A stretch of DNA of 59,156 nucleotides. Source: Escherichia phage vB_EcoM_PD328. The stretch is taken from the sequence record ON922918. One strand, given 5' to 3'. Position numbers and translations under genes: made by a program. Position 1 is the stretch's first letter; the number at the start of each line of letters is the position of its first letter. Below the pieces are notes generated by a model. It was not told the origin of the DNA. It searched no databases and saw only the letters and a program-made list of their open reading frames with translations. Positions 39,672 to 47,677 of the stretch are shown piece by piece.

Positions 39672-39769
39672 TTTGTGTTCCTCCGCTTACAAACTGTATA
39701 ATACATACTATAGAGCATTTCCTTAGGAATGCAATAGGTATCAAGAATTATTTTACGTCCGAGGGTCAA

Positions 39770-40048
39770 ATGTCCAGTTACAATCTAGCAGCTATTAAAA
39801 TTGTGTACGGCGCTCTATACCAGGATGAAGAATTCCCAGGCATTGAGCAGGCAATTAAAAGAATCAAGTCCAATCGTGTTGACTCGGAACAACTGTTCGC
39901 CTATGCTTTAGCCATAAGTAAGAACGAGGTCCGTCCTTACTATGAAACGCTGTCACGCCAGTTACGAAGTGTAATAGAAGAACGTGACTTAATGCGGCAC
40001 TGTGGATACACCTTCTTAACCGGTAGAGCCATACGTGTCAGCAAATAA
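39770..40048 (+). CDS. hypothetical protein
   Basis: 92 aa ORF. Confidence 0.35.
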   Translation: MSSYNLAAIKIVYGALYQDEEFPGIEQAIKRIKSNRVDSEQLFAYALAISKNEVRPYYETLSRQLRSVIEERDLMRHCGYTFLTGRAIRVSK

Positions 40049-40065
40049 ATGAAAGGAGTTAAAAC

Positions 40066-40263
40066 ATGCAAAAGCATCAACCTCTATATAAAGTCCGTCG
40101 TCTTGGTGGTGGTCTCTACGCAGTAGAGCGCAATAAACGTTCTATTACAATCGTCAGTGTTAAAGTGGGATTACGTAAATTCTACAGCGTTCCTAATTGT
40201 TCGCCCTTGTTACCAACACTGCGCGACGCTGTGTTGTATGTACTTACTGGTGCGTTCTTTTAA
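40066..40263 (+). CDS. hypothetical protein
   Basis: 65 aa ORF with RBS. Confidence 0.3.
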   Translation: MQKHQPLYKVRRLGGGLYAVERNKRSITIVSVKVGLRKFYSVPNCSPLLPTLRDAVLYVLTGAFF

Positions 40264-40299
40264 CTTCCAGTTTGTCATTAAAGATTTAAGGAGTGGGCG

Positions 40300-40521
40300 A
40301 TGGGTAAATTAAAAACGACAATTTATACTAAAAAATCTCTTGAGGGATTCATGCAACATCTGGCTGAGTTGGGTCTGAGTGTGTATGGGCCTTGTATGAA
40401 GGATGAGGTCGAGTACCCTTCCTTGATGGACTACAATGTCGAAGATATTATTAATCGACGTAAACGTATCCAGGACGATAGCTTATTTTTTGTGGATGAT
40501 ATCACATTAATTGATGATTAG
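40300..40521 (+). CDS. hypothetical protein
   Basis: 73 aa ORF with GGAG RBS. Confidence 0.35.
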   Translation: MGKLKTTIYTKKSLEGFMQHLAELGLSVYGPCMKDEVEYPSLMDYNVEDIINRRKRIQDDSLFFVDDITLIDD

Positions 40522-40537
40522 GACACTGGAGAAATAA

Positions 40538-40747
40538 ATGGCCTTTATATACTGCGATGAGTGCGAAGCTGGTATGGATCGACCTTCTCAGAGGGAAGTG
40601 TTAACTAACCAGTACATCTGTCCGAATTGCGGTTCTAATCAATCACATCGTATAGATGAAGACACTAAGTCCGAGTATATTGATAGATTATTGACACGAA
40701 TTGAAATAATTGAAGATAAACTAGGTATAATTTCTGATAAATATTGA
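40538..40747 (+). CDS. zinc-ribbon protein (putative)
   Basis: 69 aa with CxxC...CxxC (CDEC...CPNC). Confidence 0.4.
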   Translation: MAFIYCDECEAGMDRPSQREVLTNQYICPNCGSNQSHRIDEDTKSEYIDRLLTRIEIIEDKLGIISDKY

Positions 40748-40758
40748 GGAGAAATAAT

Positions 40759-40983
40759 ATGTGTGATAAATTTGAAGAAATGATGACTATGATAGACGAG
40801 AGAATGTTAGTGTCTCTGGCAATCATTGAAGCAGCGCAGAATTCCTTCATTGAAGCCTATCGTTTATGTAAACCAGAATCCTCGTTAGATGAAATTGAGA
40901 AAGCCTGGCAGAAATCAAATACATGTAGCATGTTGGGGCATCTTATGATGGGCGAAGAACAACCTAAAGAGAATCTACACTAA
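40759..40983 (+). CDS. hypothetical protein
   Basis: 74 aa from the ATG at residue 6 of the track ORF. Confidence 0.3.
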   Translation: MCDKFEEMMTMIDERMLVSLAIIEAAQNSFIEAYRLCKPESSLDEIEKAWQKSNTCSMLGHLMMGEEQPKENLH

Positions 40984-41291
40984 TGCCCAGCAGAATATAC
41001 AAAGTGTTAGGATGGAAGCCTTATACTTTTCGCTCAAACTACAACAAGGAAATGAAGTGTATACGATGCCCAAAGTGTGGTCACACTGAGTTTACAGAGA
41101 CTGTTGTAGCTCAAGTTGATGGTTACTATTCTCCTGTGTGCGAGTCACAGATTAATTGTAATCATTGTGGGCAAGAGGTAAACTATTGGGCATATGGTTA
41201 CTACGAACCGCATCATATGGTTGCAGATCGTAGCATGTCCATGTTAATTAATCGTATTGAAGCTAAATTAAGGAGAATTAGTTTACCATGA
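40983..41291 (+). CDS. zinc-finger protein (putative)
   Basis: 102 aa with CxxC pairs (CIRCPKC ... CNHC). Confidence 0.4.
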   Translation: MPSRIYKVLGWKPYTFRSNYNKEMKCIRCPKCGHTEFTETVVAQVDGYYSPVCESQINCNHCGQEVNYWAYGYYEPHHMVADRSMSMLINRIEAKLRRISLP

Positions 41292-41467
41292 GTAAGAAAA
41301 CCGATATCCGCAATCGCAATGCCGCTATTACTGCTTATCGTATGCGGGAGAAAGGTTTTACTTATAACCACATTGCTGAACATCTTGGCAAGAAGCCACA
41401 TCAAATTAAATCGCTCATTCTGTTAGGTGAGCGCCTGGAATCTTTAAATGAGGAGACGACACAATGA
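41288..41467 (+). CDS. small helix-turn-helix protein (putative)
   Basis: 59 aa ORF not in the track (below its length cutoff), read by eye: MSKKTDIRNRNAAITAYRMREKGFTYNHIAEHLGKK...; HTH-like FTYNHIAEHLG; start and stop overlap neighbours. Confidence 0.3.
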   Translation: MSKKTDIRNRNAAITAYRMREKGFTYNHIAEHLGKKPHQIKSLILLGERLESLNEETTQ

Positions 41468-41739
41468 ATGTAACTGTACGCCAGCCTAATAAGAAAGAAA
41501 TGGACATGATGATTGGCTTTACTATGCCTGCGCCACTTGTACATATCGGAGCGTTATTACGCTGCACAAACGCGAACACGCGGCGCTTTACGCATAACTC
41601 CGTGTATAAAGTTCACCGCACGGTACACAATGCCCGTAGCGGCCTACCTTTGCCTGTGGTACGCGATGATGACGGGCTGGAAGTTGTTTGCACTTCGCTG
41701 TCATTTTCTATGGGCCATTGGCAAAAATGTACGGTATGA
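41464..41739 (+). CDS. hypothetical protein
   Basis: 91 aa ORF. Confidence 0.3.
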   Translation: MNVTVRQPNKKEMDMMIGFTMPAPLVHIGALLRCTNANTRRFTHNSVYKVHRTVHNARSGLPLPVVRDDDGLEVVCTSLSFSMGHWQKCTV

Positions 41740-41880
41740 CCTGTGAATTCTGACGAATTCGTGTATTGTAATCAAACACGTAAACAGGTTAACATTATTT
41801 GCGAGAGTGGTTGGTAGATTACCCCTTTTCGAAGGCTGTCTCTCGCTGACATGTTATTATCTATTATATGCTTCGCTTTC

Positions 41881-41908
41881 GGGGGTACTTGTGTACCCCC
41901 TATTTTTT
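41881..41908 (+). terminator. rho-independent terminator
   Basis: GGGGGTAC-TTGT-GTACCCCC hairpin followed by TATTTTTT. Confidence 0.65.
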
Positions 41909-41925
41909 AGATGGAGATTTATAAC

Positions 41926-42387
41926 ATGGGAGCTAATCCTCGTACTAAAGGTCAGACAGGCGAGCGTGAGATTTGTAAATTCTTTAATGATATCTACGAA
42001 GAAGTTTACGCCGCTCTTGGAATGACTTATCCAGAAAAGCCCATAGCACAGCGTAACCAGAATCAGAGTGCCGTAGGTGGTTGCGATATCACAAATACCT
42101 GTTTCTATGCGGTGGAAGTTAAACGCCAGGAACAGTTATCAATTAACACATGGTGGGCACAGTGTGTTAAGAGTGCATTAGAAGCAGACAAGTTTCCAGT
42201 TCTTATGTACCGTCAGAATAAAAAGCCCTGGCGCGTAGTCCTGTATATGAACCCTATCATGCTTTTCGCTGATGAAGCGAGACATCACCCCGAAGATCCG
42301 CCGAGATGTGAAATATCCCTGGAAGATTTTCGGATAATCTTTAAATCACACGCTTATGAATATATTAAGAGGAACGGTCATGCCTAA
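41926..42387 (+). CDS. PD-(D/E)xK nuclease, VRR-NUC/Hjc-like (putative)
   Basis: 153 aa; GGCDI ... FYAVEVKRQ fits a D...E-x-K nuclease core. Confidence 0.4.
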   Translation: MGANPRTKGQTGEREICKFFNDIYEEVYAALGMTYPEKPIAQRNQNQSAVGGCDITNTCFYAVEVKRQEQLSINTWWAQCVKSALEADKFPVLMYRQNKKPWRVVLYMNPIMLFADEARHHPEDPPRCEISLEDFRIIFKSHAYEYIKRNGHA

Positions 42388-42904
42388 GAAAGACGATATG
42401 TCTAATGTTATTAAAGATGCAACTGTCAAAGGTACTATTGCAGTCGAAGACGGTGCTGTGAAAGGTATCACTGTGGAACAGCTAATTGTGGAGCTTCTTA
42501 CTGACACTGCTCAAATGCCACGATTTGCTACTCCTGGTTCTATGTGCTTCGACATCTACGCGGATGAACCTGAACCTGTGACAATCTATGCTGGTCGTGC
42601 GTACACGTTCAACACGGGTATTAAGTTGCAGATCCCTCATGGTTATGGCATGGAAGTCTATTCACGTAGCGGTCATGGGTTTAAACACGGGATTCGTTTA
42701 GGTAACTGTATTGGTATCATTGATCACGATTACCGTGATGAGTTGAAAATACGTCTGCACAACGACTCTTATGCACCTTACACGGTCCAGGTTGGCGAAC
42801 GTATTGCACAGGCGCGTCTTGTGGAGCTGGTTCGTATGCGTATTGTTTCTGGTGTAGTAGAAGAAACAAATCGCGGTGGTTTTGGTTCTACTGGTAAGTT
42901 GTAA
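42380..42904 (+). CDS. dut: dUTP diphosphatase (dUTPase)
   Basis: Conserved dUTPase motifs: RSGHGFKHGIRLGNCIGIIDHDYRDE and C-terminal RGGFGSTG. Confidence 0.75.
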   Translation: MPKKDDMSNVIKDATVKGTIAVEDGAVKGITVEQLIVELLTDTAQMPRFATPGSMCFDIYADEPEPVTIYAGRAYTFNTGIKLQIPHGYGMEVYSRSGHGFKHGIRLGNCIGIIDHDYRDELKIRLHNDSYAPYTVQVGERIAQARLVELVRMRIVSGVVEETNRGGFGSTGKL

Positions 42905-42979
42905 TCATACTTAGGGGTATTTACAAGGAATTTAATTCTAAGTATTATACCCCTACTAGCAAACAACGAGGGCGATAAC

Positions 42980-43405
42980 ATGGTCCAGTTACCAGAAATG
43001 AACTTAACTGAAGAGCAGAAATACGAACTTCTTTATAAGTGGTATTCTAAGAAAGAAGAATTAGCCAAGGTGCAAGCGCAAGAACGCGCACTGCGTCAAA
43101 GTGTAGTTAGCGTCTTCTTTCCTGATGGTCTTAACGAAAATACTAATAAGATCAAACTTGATACAGGTGACGATCTTGTTGTTACTCAACCTTATACGCG
43201 TAAAGTCGATAAGGCGATCTTTAGTCAAATCTTACCAGATCTTATTGAAGCTGGTGTGGATGTCAACGAAGTTACTGAAACTAAAGTGGAACTCCGTGTG
43301 GCTGCATATCGTAAGCTGACAGCTGAACAGTTGGCGATCTTTGACGAATGCGTGACCACAACTCCAGGTTCTCCACAAGTTAAGATCGCTGTTAAGAAGG
43401 GTTGA
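42980..43405 (+). CDS. hypothetical protein
   Basis: 141 aa ORF. Confidence 0.4.
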   Translation: MVQLPEMNLTEEQKYELLYKWYSKKEELAKVQAQERALRQSVVSVFFPDGLNENTNKIKLDTGDDLVVTQPYTRKVDKAIFSQILPDLIEAGVDVNEVTETKVELRVAAYRKLTAEQLAIFDECVTTTPGSPQVKIAVKKG

Positions 43406-43996
43406 ATGCTCATCACGATAATATCGGATGCGTCGTTCTGTCACCGTACTAAATGTGGAGGCTATGGAATTTGGGTAGCCTCCAAACGGGGTAAGAAGGC
43501 TTTTGGTGGCCCTGCACATGGTCACACGGATAATACCGTAGTTGAATGTATTGCAGTAGCTAACGGTTTATATCACGGTATAGAGGCTGGACTTATCTAC
43601 ACAAACGACGTTATATTGTTTCAGACGGATTGCAAAGCAGCTATCCACATGTTCGAAGGTAAACGTCCACCAAGAGGAGAAGAGCAACAGATTTATAAAT
43701 GGTTCATGGATACTATTGTTGAGAATAGGCTTAGTTTCCAGTTCCGTCATGTTAAAGGTCATTCAGGTAGGATGGATTCCCGTAGCCTTGCACAAGACAA
43801 GTGCGATGAAATTGCGGGTATGCACATGCGAACAGGTAGACGTCGCATGGACTACGATAAATTGAAAGTAGATACAGCAAAATCCGTTATTCCTAAACCG
43901 AAGAAAGTTAACATTGAGAAACAGCAATCTTGGGTTAGGAAGTTAAAACTTCTTGTTCGGGAACACACAAAGGTAAATTTCAATGGCTCGATTTAA
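43406..43996 (+). CDS. ribonuclease H
   Basis: RNase HI-like catalytic residues in order: ISDASF (Asp), VVECIAV (Glu), FQTDCKA (Asp), HVKGHSG, DKCDEIA. Confidence 0.65.
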   Translation: MLITIISDASFCHRTKCGGYGIWVASKRGKKAFGGPAHGHTDNTVVECIAVANGLYHGIEAGLIYTNDVILFQTDCKAAIHMFEGKRPPRGEEQQIYKWFMDTIVENRLSFQFRHVKGHSGRMDSRSLAQDKCDEIAGMHMRTGRRRMDYDKLKVDTAKSVIPKPKKVNIEKQQSWVRKLKLLVREHTKVNFNGSI

Positions 43997-44927
43997 ACCT
44001 TATCTAGCAACAGATTGGGATTCAGCTAAACAGAAATATCCCGTAGGCGTCATGCCTAAAATTGACGGAGTTCGTGGGATGAAACCGTTTGGGGAGCTTG
44101 TTGGGCGAAGTCTTAAATCTTTTGCAAATAAGCAGGTCGCAAAGGTATTTGGATCTTCCATTTACGATGGCATGGACGGTGAGCTTGCCGTTGGAGAAGA
44201 AACGGACTTTGACTTATGTCGTAAGACAAGTAGTGCAACATCTAAAATTGAAGGTGAATACGTTTGGACGTGGCATGTATTTGATTTGTGTGAACCAAGC
44301 GTTGCACATCTGCCGTACAAAGAGCGGTACGACATGCTTAAGAAGTATGTGGACGAATGCCATGCTAACGGTGAGTTGATGGACGTGAAGGTTGTGCCGT
44401 TGTATGTGGTCAACAACGAACAAGAACTCCTGGAGTGGGAAAATATTTGGCTTGATATGGGGTACGAAGGTGTAATCATTCGTGACCTTGAAGCAAAATA
44501 TAAATGGGGTCGTAGTACGCAGCGTGAAGGCGGTTATCTCCGCATTAAACGTTTCACTGATGGTGAAGGTGAGATCATTCGTATCATCGAAGGTTGCACC
44601 AATGCAAATGAGGCTCAGATTAACGAATTAGGACAGACGTTCCGTTCATCCCATCAGGAAAATATGATTCCAAATGGTATGGTTGGCTCATTTGATGTAC
44701 GTGTGCTTACAGTACCAGAAGGACTCGAAGATCTTATTGAAGTCGGGCAAGAGATGCGTGTAGGTGCTGGTCGTCTTACGCACGAAGAACGTAAATATTA
44801 CTTTGAGCATCCTGATGAATTTATTGGGAAGATTTCTAAATGGAAATTCTTTGCTCACGGTATGAAGGACAAATTGCGTATTCCTACGCATCAAAGTTTC
44901 CGTGATCCAACGGATATTAGTGAATAA
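43983..44927 (+). CDS. ATP-dependent DNA ligase
   Basis: Motif I KIDGVRG (active-site Lys), DGELAV, EGVIIR and LRIKR motifs in canonical order. Confidence 0.8.
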   Translation: MARFKPYLATDWDSAKQKYPVGVMPKIDGVRGMKPFGELVGRSLKSFANKQVAKVFGSSIYDGMDGELAVGEETDFDLCRKTSSATSKIEGEYVWTWHVFDLCEPSVAHLPYKERYDMLKKYVDECHANGELMDVKVVPLYVVNNEQELLEWENIWLDMGYEGVIIRDLEAKYKWGRSTQREGGYLRIKRFTDGEGEIIRIIEGCTNANEAQINELGQTFRSSHQENMIPNGMVGSFDVRVLTVPEGLEDLIEVGQEMRVGAGRLTHEERKYYFEHPDEFIGKISKWKFFAHGMKDKLRIPTHQSFRDPTDISE

Positions 44928-44991
44928 TCACGTTTGCATTCAGGGTAATTGGGTCCTAGTATTGCAGCCGTAACCACACAAGAGGTAACTT

Positions 44992-45738
44992 ATGCAATTT
45001 ACAACTACCGCTCAAGCAGTTCTGGACACTGGTGTTAAGATGCTTGTGTATGGTGAATCTGGTATGGGTAAGACCATGCTTACAGCAACTCTTCCAAGAC
45101 CGTTGCTGATTTCTGCGGAGTCTGGGCTTTTATCTTTAACACCGAATAACATTGCTCGTGTATTTGGTGAAAACAGACCAGATATCTGCTACGATATTCC
45201 AACCATCACGGTTGAAAATATCCAGGATGTAGAGCAGGCTTATGTTTGGGCGACTAACCCTGCAAACAATCCTGTAGGTGAAGATGGTTTACCGCGCTTT
45301 CAGTCTCTTGCGCTGGATTCACTTACTGAGATTGCTGAAAAGTGCCTTAACAATGCGAAGCGTACTGTGAAAGATCCGCGTCAGGCTTATGGGGATCTTA
45401 TTGAGAAGATGCAAACTTTAGTTCGCGCTTTTCGAGATATCCCTGGACTTAACGTGTACATGGCAGCTAAAATGTCCCGTAACAAGGACGAGTTGACAGG
45501 TATTACGTCTTACGGTCCTTCTATGCCTGGTGCAAAATTAGGTCCAGAATTACCATACTTTTTTGACGAAGTGTTCAAAATTAGTGTTGGTAAAGACCAA
45601 AATACTCAAGCAGATTTTCGTTATCTGCTGACCAGACCAGATCTGTCAAATGTATGTAAAGATCGTTCTGGTTCGTTAGAACAGATGGAATATCCACATC
45701 TTGGTGCAATCATTAACAAAATCAAAGGGGTACAATAA
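44992..45738 (+). CDS. RecA-like AAA ATPase (Sak4-like recombination protein, putative)
   Basis: 248 aa; Walker A GESGMGKT near the N-terminus; Walker B-like LALD; size typical of phage Sak4-type ATPases. Confidence 0.5.
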   Translation: MQFTTTAQAVLDTGVKMLVYGESGMGKTMLTATLPRPLLISAESGLLSLTPNNIARVFGENRPDICYDIPTITVENIQDVEQAYVWATNPANNPVGEDGLPRFQSLALDSLTEIAEKCLNNAKRTVKDPRQAYGDLIEKMQTLVRAFRDIPGLNVYMAAKMSRNKDELTGITSYGPSMPGAKLGPELPYFFDEVFKISVGKDQNTQADFRYLLTRPDLSNVCKDRSGSLEQMEYPHLGAIINKIKGVQ

Positions 45739-46664
45739 TGGCCGGTTTAGGAATGCAATTTAACGCTGGACAACACGCAGAGCGTCAACACAATAGCTTG
45801 ATGCCCGCTGGTTGGTATGTTGTTCAGATTGTAAACTCTGAAATCAAACCGACTAAAACTCCAGGCGGTGCGCGTCTGAATCTTCAGTTTAAGATTATGC
45901 AGGGTGATTTTGCTGGTCGTGTAATGTTTGGCGGTTACAACGTCAAGAACGCGAACCCTGTCGCTGTACAGATTGCAATGGAAGAACTGGCAGAGCTGTC
46001 CCGTGCTGTTAAAGTTCCAGTTTGGAACGATACCGAACAACTGCACGGTATTCCGTTCAACCTGAAAGTGAAAGTTCGTCAGCAACCTGGCTATGAGCCA
46101 AACAACGAACCTCAGATTTATCAAGCAATTGATAATATGGAAGGTGTTGTATACGCAACTAAGGCGGACATGGCTAACCTGCCTAAATCAACTCCGGCAG
46201 CGGCAGCACAGTCTCCAGCATTTGGTGGTGGTGCGTTCGGTGGTACTCAGCAGCCACAGCAGCAACCGCAGCAGGGTTTCCCTGGTGCATTTGGGCAGCA
46301 GCCGCAGCAACAGCAGCAGCAGCAGCAACCTCAGACTCAGGGGTTCCAGCAGCAAGTACAGCAACAACAGCCGCAGCAGCCGGTACACCAACAGCAGCAA
46401 CCGCAGCAGTCTGGAACAGTTGATTTTAACAGTGCGGCACAATCTCAACCGTGGGTTAATGGTGCTCAGCAGCAGACTCAGCAGCAACCTAACTGGGCAA
46501 CTCAGCAGGTACAGCCTGGAGCAGAGCAACCACAAACTCAAGCTCAGAATACTGGTACTGCTAACCATGCAGAACCTGAAGTCCAGGATGATATCGCTAA
46601 AGCAGCTCAGACCAAGACTCCACCATGGAAACGTTCCACTGAAGGCGATGACGCTGCACAGTAA
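45738..46664 (+). CDS. hypothetical protein with Gln/Pro-rich low-complexity linker (possible ssDNA-binding protein)
   Basis: Folded N-terminal domain of about 150 aa, then a Gly/Gln/Pro linker encoded by CAG/CAA repeats (46250-46420), then an acidic C-terminus; architecture resembles bacterial SSB but lacks a DIPF tip. Confidence 0.4.
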   Translation: MAGLGMQFNAGQHAERQHNSLMPAGWYVVQIVNSEIKPTKTPGGARLNLQFKIMQGDFAGRVMFGGYNVKNANPVAVQIAMEELAELSRAVKVPVWNDTEQLHGIPFNLKVKVRQQPGYEPNNEPQIYQAIDNMEGVVYATKADMANLPKSTPAAAAQSPAFGGGAFGGTQQPQQQPQQGFPGAFGQQPQQQQQQQQPQTQGFQQQVQQQQPQQPVHQQQQPQQSGTVDFNSAAQSQPWVNGAQQQTQQQPNWATQQVQPGAEQPQTQAQNTGTANHAEPEVQDDIAKAAQTKTPPWKRSTEGDDAAQ

Positions 46665-46683
46665 TTAAAAATCATGTTATAAT

Positions 46684-46710
46684 AAAGCTCCTCCGGGAGC
46701 TTTATTTTTC
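46684..46710 (+). terminator. rho-independent terminator
   Basis: AAAGCTCC-TCCG-GGAGCTTT hairpin followed by ATTTTTC. Confidence 0.65.
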
Positions 46711-46726
46711 TATATAGGGTTATGAT

Positions 46727-47677
46727 ATGCCACATTTTTATCCTGCTACTAAGACAATGGAGTTATTCAATGACTGTATTGAACGAGATCAAGGATCCGC
46801 TTACAGAGTATGGCTCGGAAAAGTATTACCGCATATTGAAGACGCATATCGAGAGGGAGATGGCGGATTCCGTTCGCATCTTGGGATTAGTCTTATCGGG
46901 CAAGAATGTAGTAGAGCAATCTTCTACGGATGGAGATGGGCAACTAAACCACACTTTAACGGTAAAACCTTACGTCTATTCAATCGCGGGCATCTTGAAG
47001 AAGGTCGTTTCGTGGCCTTACTACTTACCGCCGGTATGCAAGTCATCCAACAAGACGAAAATGGCAGCCAGTATCGAGTCAGCTATCTCAACGGGCACTT
47101 TGGATCTGCAATAGATGGTATTGTCATTGGTTGCCCTGACATGCCACAACCTTCTACACCAATCTTGACGGAAATGAAAACGCACAATAACGATTCGTTC
47201 AAGAAACTTGTCGTTAATGGTGTGATGGAATCCAAATGGGAGCACTATGTTCAGATGCAGGAATACATGTTGTATTATGGACTCCCAGCCGCTCTTTATA
47301 TTGCAGTTAATAAGAACACGGATGAGATTTGGGCAGAGCTTGTACCGTTTGATAAAGAAACCGCAGAACGCTACAAAGACCGTGGATTTGTAATTGCACT
47401 AGCAGAATGCCCACCACCTAAGATCAATGAAAGTAAATCCTACTATAAATGCAAATGGTGTGACCACAAGGCGGTGTGCCATAACAACAAAATGCCTGAA
47501 GTTAACTGCCGTACATGTAAACACTCATACCCGCTTGAAGATGGAACCTGGAGATGTGCAATTAAGGTAGCTTCCGCTACTGCATACATCACCGATGGAA
47601 CAGAAGGTGTGTTAACGAAGGAAGATCAGATGGCAGCATGTGGTCAATACGAAGCAGCAGATTATTACGGTGAGTAA
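46727..47677 (+). CDS. PD-(D/E)xK exonuclease, Cas4/RecB-like with predicted Fe-S cysteine cluster
   Basis: IDGIV ... TEMKTH fits D...E-x-K; Cys at GQECSRA plus C-terminal CKWCDHKAVC (C-x2-C-x5-C) matches the four-cysteine arrangement of Cas4/AddB-type nucleases. Confidence 0.5.
   Translation: MPHFYPATKTMELFNDCIERDQGSAYRVWLGKVLPHIEDAYREGDGGFRSHLGISLIGQECSRAIFYGWRWATKPHFNGKTLRLFNRGHLEEGRFVALLLTAGMQVIQQDENGSQYRVSYLNGHFGSAIDGIVIGCPDMPQPSTPILTEMKTHNNDSFKKLVVNGVMESKWEHYVQMQEYMLYYGLPAALYIAVNKNTDEIWAELVPFDKETAERYKDRGFVIALAECPPPKINESKSYYKCKWCDHKAVCHNNKMPEVNCRTCKHSYPLEDGTWRCAIKVASATAYITDGTEGVLTKEDQMAACGQYEAADYYGE

Noticed and set aside
46093-46668. Alternative-frame ORFs (46093-46668 plus strand, 46188-46568 minus strand) across the CAG/CAA repeat
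   Set aside because: Ser/Leu/Arg-rich low-complexity translations that are frame artefacts of the Gln/Pro-encoding repeat; the in-frame reading from 45738 is coherent.
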